Assembly: GCA_018400875.1 (NCBI GenBank)
Contig: JAGYLV010000001.1
Span: 77,847 to 141,846 of the forward strand
From: a bacterium
Lineage (GTDB): Bacteria > Bacillota_I > Bacilli_A > Izemoplasmatales > Izemoplasmataceae
Direction of reading: 5' to 3'
DNA length: 64,000 nt
Part shown: positions 31,998-40,058 of the stretch, piece after piece
How positions within the stretch are numbered: position 1 is the first letter of the stretch
How the letters are laid out: every line of letters starts with the position of its first letter
Made by a program: the position numbers and the translations under genes
Notes under the pieces: generated by a model
Told to the model about the DNA's origin: nothing
Database searches by the model: none
Seen by the model: only the letters and a program-made list of their open reading frames with translations

Positions 31998-33083
31998 TTA
32001 AGCAAAACTGTCGTAATAGGTATGTTCTCTAGGGAGATCGTGTTTATTGAGGACGGCGATGCAGGCATGAATCATCCCGGGGGACCCACAAAGGTAGGCT
32101 TCCGAGCCTGCCAAGTCACCGGTCATCCGGTCTAAGACATCGGTAATGAGGCCGGTTTCACCGTCCCAGTTATCTTCCGGTAAGGGTTCTGAAAGAGCGG
32201 GAATGTATTCAAAGTTCGGAAATTCTTTTTGCAGTTCAACAAATTCTTCGGTGTAATAGAGATCTTTTTTGGTTTTTGCCCCAAAGAAATAGCGAACTTT
32301 ACGCGGCATATTGAGGTCTCTTAAACGGTAAAGAATCGAGCGGATCGGTGCTTTACCCGACCCCCCCGCGATACAGACAATATCGCGATCGGATTCTTCT
32401 CTTAAGTAAAAGTCGCCATACGGCCCCGTGATTTTCATCGGGTCACCCGGTTGCATCACTTCGTGAATAAAGGTCGTGGCGACCCCTTTATGGACCAAAC
32501 GGACTAAGAATTCCACGTGGTCTTTGACTTTCGCATCGCCCGCGAAGGAATACGCCCGGACCGCTTCCACCCCAGGAATGATGAACTGCGCGTATTGTCC
32601 GGGATGAAAATCCAAGGTTTTCGGATTAATCATTTTAAAACGGACCAGTTTGATGTCATATGTGAGGTCTTCTAAGGCCGCCAGTTCGACGTCGTATTCT
32701 TTGGCGCCAAATAGACTTTCGGGAATTTCAATTTTAGTATCTTGAGCAATCCGGGTTTGGCAAGAAAGTCTGATGCCGTTGGCCGCATCTTTCGGGCCAA
32801 TGAAAGGTTCTTCCGTCGGTTTAAGATCAAAGGCACCTTCGGTTACTTTGACTTTACATAACCCGCATGTCGCTTTTCCTCCGCACGCGGAAGGAATATA
32901 TATTTGATTTTTAGAGAGTATATTGAGTGCGGTATCTGATTCATTGATTGGAATTTGCAAGGAATCATTGACCGTTAATATTTTTTCACCACTGTTGCCA
33001 AAGGCGGTTTCGGCGGCAACGAGTAATAGACTCATTAAGACAAGCATGCCAATGAGGATGCTAATGACAATAATCGGTTCCAT
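31998..33083 (-). CDS. nqrF: NqrF-type subunit: TM anchor, 2Fe-2S ferredoxin domain and FAD/NADH-binding reductase domain
   Basis: 361 aa with an N-terminal TM helix, CGGKATCGLC...C (plant-type 2Fe-2S), RAYSF (FAD) and GGSGKAP (NADH). Confidence 0.85.
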   Translation of the reverse strand: MEPIIVISILIGMLVLMSLLLVAAETAFGNSGEKILTVNDSLQIPINESDTALNILSKNQIYIPSACGGKATCGLCKVKVTEGAFDLKPTEEPFIGPKDAANGIRLSCQTRIAQDTKIEIPESLFGAKEYDVELAALEDLTYDIKLVRFKMINPKTLDFHPGQYAQFIIPGVEAVRAYSFAGDAKVKDHVEFLVRLVHKGVATTFIHEVMQPGDPMKITGPYGDFYLREESDRDIVCIAGGSGKAPIRSILYRLRDLNMPRKVRYFFGAKTKKDLYYTEEFVELQKEFPNFEYIPALSEPLPEDNWDGETGLITDVLDRMTGDLAGSEAYLCGSPGMIHACIAVLNKHDLPREHTYYDSFA

Positions 33084-33092
33084 CGTTTCCTC

Positions 33093-33677
33093 CTAAAAGA
33101 ATGAGAGTCCAGTAAAGCCAATAAAGGCTAAGGATAAAATCCCCATGATGATGAATACAATCCCGCGGCCGGCGAGGCCTCTTGGGACGGTGGAATGATT
33201 TTCCATTTTTTCACGAATGGCCGCAATCAAGATAATCGCTAAGGCCCAGCCAATCCCGGCCCCGAGTGAAAATGTGGCGGTTTCTGCAAAGTTATAGCTC
33301 CGGTTCACAAAGAACTGAGACACGGCTAACACGACGCAGTTCACCGTAATGAGGGGGAGAAATAATCCAAAGTTGTTATACATTCTGGGAGATACTTTTT
33401 CAATAAAGATTTCTAAAAACTGAACGGTCGTCGCAATGGTAATGATGAACACTAAAATGGATAAACGCTCAGTCCCAGTCGCTTCTAACAATAAATAAAT
33501 GGGGTAGTTAATGACCGCGGTTAAAAAGACCACGAAAATAACGGCTAAGCCCATCCCTTTAGCATTTTTTACATTCGTCGAGATGGCAATGAGTGGACAC
33601 ATCCCTAAAATAAAGATGAGGGCAATGTTTCTAGAAAGGACCGATTCAATAAAAACTTCAATTAAATTAATCATCAT
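33093..33677 (-). CDS. nqrE: NqrE/RnfA family membrane subunit
   Basis: 194 aa, 6 TM helices, with conserved cysteines in GMCPLIA and NCVVLA. Confidence 0.8.
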   Translation of the reverse strand: MMINLIEVFIESVLSRNIALIFILGMCPLIAISTNVKNAKGMGLAVIFVVFLTAVINYPIYLLLEATGTERLSILVFIITIATTVQFLEIFIEKVSPRMYNNFGLFLPLITVNCVVLAVSQFFVNRSYNFAETATFSLGAGIGWALAIILIAAIREKMENHSTVPRGLAGRGIVFIIMGILSLAFIGFTGLSFF

Positions 33678-33684
33678 CTACCCC

Positions 33685-34320
33685 CTATTCCGCTGCCACT
33701 TCAAAGTTTTGGGCCCATTCACGGACGCCCCAAATGATTAAGCCGAGGACGAAGAATCCACCAGGGGCTAAGGCCATAACGGTCCAGTTCACCCAGGTTT
33801 CTGGCATAACACGGAAGTTAAGGATGGTTCCAAAGGCTAAGGCTTCACGGATAATCGCCACCGCGATTAAAATCCAGGTATAACCCAAAGAGTTGGCAAT
33901 GCCATCAAAGAACGTATACTTCATCGGATTTTTAACGGCAAAGGCTTCGGCGCGTCCCATGACGATACAGTTGGTGACGATTAAGCCCAAATACGCTCCG
34001 AGCGCTGCGGCAATCACCGGGAAATACGCTTCTAAAAACATTTGCACCATGATCACAAAAGCCGAAATGATCACCATGTAAGTGATCATACGGACCCGGG
34101 CAGGAATCACTTTACGGACCATGGAGACCACCAAGGAACTGGCCGTGACCACAAATGTAACGGCAAGACCCATGGCAATCGCGTTCTCCACACGGTTGGT
34201 CACGGCTAAGGCTGAACAAATCCCCAGTACAGCCACGACAATGGGGTTTTCTTTGAATAAGCCATCTTTGGTGATGTTAAACCATTTTGTGTATTGAATC
34301 TTTATCCAAAACTTTCGCAT
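33685..34320 (-). CDS. nqrD: NqrD/RnfE family membrane subunit
   Basis: 211 aa with GICSALAVT and TNCIVMGRAEAF motifs. Confidence 0.8.
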   Translation of the reverse strand: MRKFWIKIQYTKWFNITKDGLFKENPIVVAVLGICSALAVTNRVENAIAMGLAVTFVVTASSLVVSMVRKVIPARVRMITYMVIISAFVIMVQMFLEAYFPVIAAALGAYLGLIVTNCIVMGRAEAFAVKNPMKYTFFDGIANSLGYTWILIAVAIIREALAFGTILNFRVMPETWVNWTVMALAPGGFFVLGLIIWGVREWAQNFEVAAE

Positions 34321-34919
34321 TATTCGCCTCCGAGTGTGGCTTGATACGCCGGTATAACTTGTTCATAACTATCGTTTAGAATGGTTTGGAACGCACTGGA
34401 TGTTGAAGTTGCTCCGGTAATCGCATCGACTTGATTGGGTGCGCTTGCGCCTTCTTTTAATACTTCAACGATGGGGTCAAACACGACCCCTTCGTATTTT
34501 GCGAGGTAGGGAATTTCAACAATCCGGCCACCGAGGCCCGGGGTTTCTTGTTGGGCAAGGATGCCGATATTTTCAATGGTTCGAAGATCTTCGTTAAGTG
34601 TTAAAACACCAATGATCGGTCCCCATACACCACCGCCTTCAATTTCAAAGCTGATGCTTCCTGTGTCTGGGTTACGGTAGACTGGAACATCCACCCCATC
34701 GATGGTGAGTTCCACTTTTTCGACGTTCGCGGTGAACGTGTCATATATATTTGAGGTGTTATATTGGATTTCAAACGCATCTAATATTTTAGATTGTAAT
34801 AACGCTTCTTCGTTGCGCGTGATACGCTCTGAGGTCAAGACGTCCATGCCAATGAGCAAGGTCGATGTGATAACCCCCATCGCCACGACAAATCCCATAA
34901 TTTTTAAAATTCGGTTCAT
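34320..34919 (-). CDS. nqrC: NqrC/RnfG family FMN-binding subunit
   Basis: 199 aa with an N-terminal TM anchor and the flavinylation motif D-A-I-T-G-A-T-S near the C-terminus. Confidence 0.8.
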   Translation of the reverse strand: MNRILKIMGFVVAMGVITSTLLIGMDVLTSERITRNEEALLQSKILDAFEIQYNTSNIYDTFTANVEKVELTIDGVDVPVYRNPDTGSISFEIEGGGVWGPIIGVLTLNEDLRTIENIGILAQQETPGLGGRIVEIPYLAKYEGVVFDPIVEVLKEGASAPNQVDAITGATSTSSAFQTILNDSYEQVIPAYQATLGGE

Positions 34920-35857
34920 GCCGCTTCCTCCTTACCTGTTAGCCATGCATCAATGAGAGCCCCCACGGCGCTCATAATGATGATGGCAAAAATAAAGCCT
35001 TCTGCAAACGTCGCAAAATAGCGAATGATAAAGGTGATGAAGGCGACGCCGGCCCCATACAGCCATATGGCTTTTTTATTCACAGGGGCATGGACAGGGT
35101 CACTGGCAATGAATATGGCCCCAAAAAGTAATGAGCCCGTAAACACTGAAGGAATCGTCCCCCCGGTCGCGCCGAAGAGTTCGAATATCCCAGCAGTCAC
35201 GATATAACTGACTAAGATCGACACCGGTAAGCGCCAATCAATGACTTTTAAGAAGGCTAAAATGGCACCTAAGCCAATGAGTAATAGTCCGAAGGTTTCC
35301 CCGGTGTTGCCCGGTACAAACCCTAATACTAAATCACTCAAAGGATAAAATGTCGATCCACTCGCATTAATCTGATGCAGCGGCATCACAGGTGCTAAGG
35401 CATCAAGTGAACTTTGGGAGAATGGATTAAACCAACCAAATGTTTGGGGGTCATACCACCCAAAGATTAAAGCTGGAAACGAAATCATTAAAAACATAAT
35501 CCCTACAGCGGCGGGATGGAAAATGGTTTTTCCGTAACCACCGAATAATTGTTTGGCAAATAAATTTCCGAATACAACGCCCACTCCGGCCATCCACAAT
35601 GGCGCACTGGGGGGAAGCATTAACGCATAAAGTAAAGGGAAGACAAGCCAACCTTCATCGATTTTTTTCTTTTTAGTACGGGCAAAGACATAATCAACCC
35701 CTACACTAAGGGCGATGGAAAGCCCCGCGATTACTAAGACATACCACCCAAAAATCATAAAGGATGCAGCTAAAATAACCCCTAAGGCGGCCTCTAAATA
35801 GAGCAGTTTTTTACCGGTAATAGCTCGGCTGACAAACGCAGGTTGCGAGTCACTCAT
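34916..35857 (-). CDS. nqrB: NqrB/RnfD family membrane subunit
   Basis: 313-aa polytopic protein that overlaps the next gene by 4 nt. Its size is closer to RnfD than to NqrB. Confidence 0.75.
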   Translation of the reverse strand: MSDSQPAFVSRAITGKKLLYLEAALGVILAASFMIFGWYVLVIAGLSIALSVGVDYVFARTKKKKIDEGWLVFPLLYALMLPPSAPLWMAGVGVVFGNLFAKQLFGGYGKTIFHPAAVGIMFLMISFPALIFGWYDPQTFGWFNPFSQSSLDALAPVMPLHQINASGSTFYPLSDLVLGFVPGNTGETFGLLLIGLGAILAFLKVIDWRLPVSILVSYIVTAGIFELFGATGGTIPSVFTGSLLFGAIFIASDPVHAPVNKKAIWLYGAGVAFITFIIRYFATFAEGFIFAIIIMSAVGALIDAWLTGKEEAA

Positions 35858-35901
35858 GATGTCACCACTTTCTAATTAATATATGTATTACATCTTTTAA
35901 C

Positions 35902-35910
35902 ATTATAGCA
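35902..35910 (-). promoter_or_regulatory. Extended -10 element TGCTATAAT upstream of the nqrB-F operon
   Basis: Plus strand reads attatagca, 45 nt upstream of the ATG at 35857. Confidence 0.5.
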
Positions 35911-35968
35911 TAATCCCAAGTACAATTTGTAGGATTTGAGCGATGAAAGCGCCTTAATTATAAAGTTT

Positions 35969-36778
35969 TTAATTTATCGAATGGGTCGTCATATACCTTT
36001 CCGCAAAGTCAATGATTTCACGCATGGAAATCAAACGACTATCGGCTTGGCCCACCATGCCTTTATGGAGTGTTTGTTCCTTTTCAAATGCACGGCCACA
36101 TCCTTGAAAAGTTTCCGTGGAATAATGATAGTCCCACACGTAACGGATTTTAGCGCCTGCTTGGGTGTTGACATAGTAAAGTTCTTTTTCACTTTTTTTC
36201 GTAGCCACTAGACTCTCGGCATAGTGAAGGGCTGTTAGAGTGTCATAGTGTGTCCCAATCATTAATAGTTTGAAATCAGCGTGATACATCCGGTGCAATG
36301 GACTCTCTTCATCAAACGCATGCCCTGGGTGATGCGGATGTAGGATGGCTTCTGCCTTTTTCCCCCAAGCTGCAAAGGCACTTCGGGGATGACTTGAGCG
36401 CTTCACTCCTGGATACGTCCTAAAGTATTCGGCCACCCGGCCGATGCCATAAGCCGGGGTTTTTAAGGGATCATAGGCCGGCATATGCGCTTTAATCTTT
36501 TCGACCCATTCCACAGGAACAGGGGGATTTTCCCACATAGCGGGATCGGATAGATTGCCCGTTTGAGAAGGCATCACGAGTGTGCCTTCTTCGCTTATCA
36601 CCGTCATTAAGGCTTCAATGAGCGTTCGCTCACCGCCAATGATCCAGCCGATTTTGGCTAAACTCACATGAACCATGACTGAGTCGCCCGGGGATAGTCC
36701 CAAGGCTTTTAAATCTTCCACCAAATCCGTCTTGGAAATGGGGGATTTAGTTTTTTCAATGACCTTAAGCTCACTCAT
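35969..36778 (-). CDS. Aminoglycoside 3-N-acetyltransferase family protein, AAC(3)/YokD-like
   Basis: Conserved blocks VHVSLAKIGWIIGG, GTLVMPSQT, NPPVP and SHPRSAFAAWG. The ATG at 36778 overlaps the upstream TGA (ATGA). Confidence 0.8.
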   Translation of the reverse strand: MSELKVIEKTKSPISKTDLVEDLKALGLSPGDSVMVHVSLAKIGWIIGGERTLIEALMTVISEEGTLVMPSQTGNLSDPAMWENPPVPVEWVEKIKAHMPAYDPLKTPAYGIGRVAEYFRTYPGVKRSSHPRSAFAAWGKKAEAILHPHHPGHAFDEESPLHRMYHADFKLLMIGTHYDTLTALHYAESLVATKKSEKELYYVNTQAGAKIRYVWDYHYSTETFQGCGRAFEKEQTLHKGMVGQADSRLISMREIIDFAERYMTTHSIN

Positions 36779-38322
36779 AGACTGGCCTTTTCTAGTTGAA
36801 GTTCGATGGGACAAATATCTTCATAAAAATCGCGTTCGTGTGAGACGAGAATCAAGGTGCCTTCATAGGCAATAAGCGCTTCTTTGAGTGCTTCTTTGAT
36901 TGCCACATCCAAATGGTTCGTCGGTTCATCTAAGATGAATACATTGCTTTTGACCGGCCAAAGTAAGGCGAGGCGCACTTTGGATTGTTCGCCCCCCGAG
37001 AGGGTTTTAATCGGTCTTAACGCTTTATCATTGCGGATGCCAAACCGGGCGAGCGTTGCGTAGACTTTTTTTCGGTCATACTCTGGGAAATGACTTTGGA
37101 CGATTTGATAAGGATTTAAGGCAGGGTCTAGGTGATGGTCTTGAGAAAAATAATTAACCTGGGCCGTGTCAATCCAAGTCACTAAGCCTTCTAACGCAGA
37201 GTGTTGATTCATGATGGTCCGAATCAATGTGGTTTTCCCGACCCCATTTTCACCGGTAATCGCCCATTTTTCGCCGCGCCGAATGGTGAGGGTAATGGGT
37301 TCAACCAGCGCTGAGTCATACCCAATGGATAGATCGTTAATCACACACACCTTTTCGCCCGTAGGGGCGGCCATGGGAAAGGAAAAATCATAGGCTTTCG
37401 CTTTTTCTAAGGGATCAATGCGTTCGAGTTTAGCCAGTTGTTTGCGTCGACTTTGAGCGCGCCTGGTCGTTTTGGCTCGGGCGATGTTTTTGGCAATGAA
37501 TTCTTCCGTTTTTGCGATGTATTTTTGTTGGGCTTTAAAGGCTTTTTGATGTTGCTCGGCTCTTAACGTGCGTTCTTTGAGGTAAAAGCTGTAATCTCCC
37601 CGGTAAACTTGAATGGATTTTTGTTCAAGCGCCCATATCGTCGTGGCGATTTCTTCGGCAATCCGGGATTCATGCGTCACGACGATAAACGCATTGGGCA
37701 ACCGTTTTAAATATTTTAATAGCCAATCGACTTGGCCTTCATCTAAAAAGTTTGAGGGTTCATCCAAGAGCATAATGTCGGCATTTGACAATAGTATTTC
37801 AGAGAGTTTGACTTTTGAGCGCATGCCACCCGATAAGGTTCCAATGGTTTGTTCTAAGACCGAAGCCTCTAAGCCTAAACCCGTAATGACTTTTAAGATT
37901 TCGGTTTGATACTGATAAAACTGAGAATCATTGAGTGTTTCTTGAATCCGACTGGCTTGGCTGATTTTTTTTAATTGAATGTCCGCATCTGCACGGGCAG
38001 CCTCGTCATATAACTGGTGCATCCGTTTTTCTAAATCAAAAAATTCTTGGTAAACGCCGGATAAATAATGAATGACCGTTTCATCTTTGGGTAATACTAA
38101 ATGTTGATCCAAGGCTTTAAAGACTTTGTGGGGATGAAAGGTAATTAGACCGGAATCGGGGGTGAGCTGATGCATTAAAAGCCGGACCAAGGTCGATTTC
38201 CCCGTTCCATTGGGACCAAGTAAAACCACATGCTCACCCGGAAGTAAACGTGCGGTTATGGTTTCAAGGAGCGCAGTCCCATCATAATTAAAAGTTACGT
38301 CTTTCAAATCGATTAAACTCAT
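36775..38322 (-). CDS. ABC-F family ATPase (two NBDs, no TM domain)
   Basis: 515 aa with two Walker A motifs (GPNGTGKST, GENGVGKTT), two signatures (LSGGMRSK, LSGGEQSK) and a basic interdomain linker. Confidence 0.85.
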   Translation of the reverse strand: MSLIDLKDVTFNYDGTALLETITARLLPGEHVVLLGPNGTGKSTLVRLLMHQLTPDSGLITFHPHKVFKALDQHLVLPKDETVIHYLSGVYQEFFDLEKRMHQLYDEAARADADIQLKKISQASRIQETLNDSQFYQYQTEILKVITGLGLEASVLEQTIGTLSGGMRSKVKLSEILLSNADIMLLDEPSNFLDEGQVDWLLKYLKRLPNAFIVVTHESRIAEEIATTIWALEQKSIQVYRGDYSFYLKERTLRAEQHQKAFKAQQKYIAKTEEFIAKNIARAKTTRRAQSRRKQLAKLERIDPLEKAKAYDFSFPMAAPTGEKVCVINDLSIGYDSALVEPITLTIRRGEKWAITGENGVGKTTLIRTIMNQHSALEGLVTWIDTAQVNYFSQDHHLDPALNPYQIVQSHFPEYDRKKVYATLARFGIRNDKALRPIKTLSGGEQSKVRLALLWPVKSNVFILDEPTNHLDVAIKEALKEALIAYEGTLILVSHERDFYEDICPIELQLEKASL

Positions 38323-38330
38323 CGGGCATT

Positions 38331-38339
38331 ATTATAGCA
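38331..38339 (-). promoter_or_regulatory. Extended -10 element TGCTATAAT only 8 nt upstream of the ABC-F ATG (leaderless-type arrangement)
   Basis: Minus strand reads atgctataat-aatgcccg-ATG. There is no SD sequence between the -10 and the start codon. Confidence 0.5.
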
Positions 38340-38381
38340 TTCTAAGGCATAAAAAAAACGACCCAATGGCCGTTTTTAAGT

Positions 38382-38981
38382 CTATTTGTTTAGTGCCTTG
38401 ATATGAGACAAGGCAACGTCCATCACGGTTTTGTCATCTTGATTGGCATCAACAATCACATACGGCACATCGTGAATGAGGCACTGGGCCTCTAAGAGTT
38501 TGACATAATCTTTCAGCAACGTCTTGAAGTAAGGAATGTTGGCATCAAAATTATCAATTTCTTGTTGGCGACCCCGTTTTTTTAACCGATCTTCAAACGT
38601 GTCCCAGCTGACATCTAATATGATATACAAATCAATCGCTTTGACGTCATTCATGTAGGCACTGAAGACGCCATTGTAAAAGTTTTTAATGGTCTTATCT
38701 TGGATATTTTTTTGGGCAAACAGCCAGTGTTCGATCATATGACGATCGATGATGACATTATCATCATAGGTTTTTTGGGTTTTCCAATGTTTATGGAGGA
38801 AATATATTTGCAGAAGCATTTCAACATCATCCATGCCTTCATACAACCATTTTAGCAAGGTATTAAAAACCGGGTCTTCTTTCGCAAATTCATCCATAAA
38901 TGGCACATCTAAAGCAGCGCCAAGTTTTCTAACTAATGTACTTTTTCCTGAGGCAATCATACCTCCAATGGCTACGCGCAT
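38382..38981 (-). CDS. Deoxynucleoside kinase (dAK/dGK family)
   Basis: 199 aa with the P-loop GMIASGKST and an overall dNK family layout. Confidence 0.75.
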   Translation of the reverse strand: MRVAIGGMIASGKSTLVRKLGAALDVPFMDEFAKEDPVFNTLLKWLYEGMDDVEMLLQIYFLHKHWKTQKTYDDNVIIDRHMIEHWLFAQKNIQDKTIKNFYNGVFSAYMNDVKAIDLYIILDVSWDTFEDRLKKRGRQQEIDNFDANIPYFKTLLKDYVKLLEAQCLIHDVPYVIVDANQDDKTVMDVALSHIKALNK

Positions 38982-39049
38982 CGGTTTACTCCTTGAATTT
39001 TTTCGTCTTTTTTATCATATCACTTTTAGTGAATATAATCTGAAAAAAT

Positions 39050-39085
39050 CCAAAAAAAAACCAACCCCGAAAGGTTGGTTTTTTG
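39050..39085 (-). terminator. Intrinsic terminator after the rhodopsin gene
   Basis: Stem aaccaacc/ggttggtt followed by T9 on the minus strand; there is also a T run on the plus strand. Confidence 0.8.
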
Positions 39086-39099
39086 AACAAATATTTAAT

Positions 39100-39903
39100 T
39101 TACGCTTCCACGTATCCTTGTTCTTCAGAGAGCCATGTCGATGAAACATTAAGCATAACTCCATAGAAGATTTTGGATGTCACGTCGGCGATGGTGTAAA
39201 GCACTTGTTGTGCGACAATCGCTAAGGCTGCTACTTCGGAAGCTGAGCCACCGAATAAAGGCATTACGTAAGCGATTGGGTAGATGGTCCATGCCACATA
39301 GAATAAAGGTAAGATGGCGGCGAAGAGTGGTTCTGCTTTGCTGCCTTTCATATTAGCACGGCCTTCTTTAATCACTTGTGTAATGAGGACTAATACCCAA
39401 ATGTAGAAGAGTGTTGAAATGACACCCCAGACGATCCACATAGTGATATCAGTTTCAGCGCCACGGCCTGGTTCATAGTACTGACCAATGTAACCAGTAA
39501 TGATCATGAGTGACCCACTGGCGGTGAAACGCACTAAGTATTTCTTAAATGCGGCACCTGCAATCCCAGCTACGAAAAGAATTTGGATGAGAAGATGTGG
39601 GACATCAATCAACCAGTTCAAGTAACGGAATCCGTTGGTGAAAGTGCTTTCGCCAGAAGCCACATATTGGCTACCTTCTAAGACGAATGCATCGGCCCAA
39701 CTTTGGGATTGTAAGAATAAGAGTAAGAACGCTGATACCATAACGACACCAGAAAGTACACTGGAAGGACGATATCTTGGTGCGTTATTTTTAATGGTTA
39801 ATACGAAATAAAGAAGTGCTGCCCCCATAGCAGCAAATCCAAAGGTTAAAACATGTTGCACAACTTCAAATTGCCATACTGCTAAGCTGCTTAAACCTGT
39901 CAT
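39100..39903 (-). CDS. Microbial (type-1) rhodopsin with an NDQ motif, predicted light-driven Na+ pump (KR2-like)
   Basis: 267 aa, 7 TM helices. Helix C reads R93-Y-L-N96-W-L-I-D100-V-P-H-L-L-I-Q107. Helix G reads D240-V-T-S-K244 (Schiff-base lysine). Codons were checked in the DNA: AAC at 39618-39616, GAT at 39606-39604, CAA at 39585-39583, AAA at 39174-39172. An AAGGAGG RBS precedes the ATG. Confidence 0.9.
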   Translation of the reverse strand: MTGLSSLAVWQFEVVQHVLTFGFAAMGAALLYFVLTIKNNAPRYRPSSVLSGVVMVSAFLLLFLQSQSWADAFVLEGSQYVASGESTFTNGFRYLNWLIDVPHLLIQILFVAGIAGAAFKKYLVRFTASGSLMIITGYIGQYYEPGRGAETDITMWIVWGVISTLFYIWVLVLITQVIKEGRANMKGSKAEPLFAAILPLFYVAWTIYPIAYVMPLFGGSASEVAALAIVAQQVLYTIADVTSKIFYGVMLNVSSTWLSEEQGYVEA

Positions 39904-40017
39904 TTGTTCCTCCTTGATATATTATAAAGATACATTTATTGTACTCCTATCGATTAAACATTACAAATAGAAACGCTTACAAAGTATTTATTTGAAAAAA
40001 AATTTAGGCACATTGCA

Positions 40018-40046
40018 CAAAAAAAGCATACCATTTGGTATGCTTA
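40018..40046 (-). terminator. Intrinsic terminator after the lipoprotein gene, upstream of the rhodopsin promoter
   Basis: Stem aagcatacc/ggtatgctt followed by T7 on the minus strand. Confidence 0.8.
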
Positions 40047-40058
40047 TTAAACTATTTT

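Noticed and set aside
39100-39903. Alternative identities for the rhodopsin: proton pump (DTE/DTD), chloride pump (NTQ), sensory rhodopsin or heliorhodopsin.
   Set aside because: The helix-C triad read from the DNA is N-D-Q, not D-T-E/D or N-T-Q. The DxxxK helix-G motif and overall blocks are type-1 and KR2-like. No transducer gene is adjacent.
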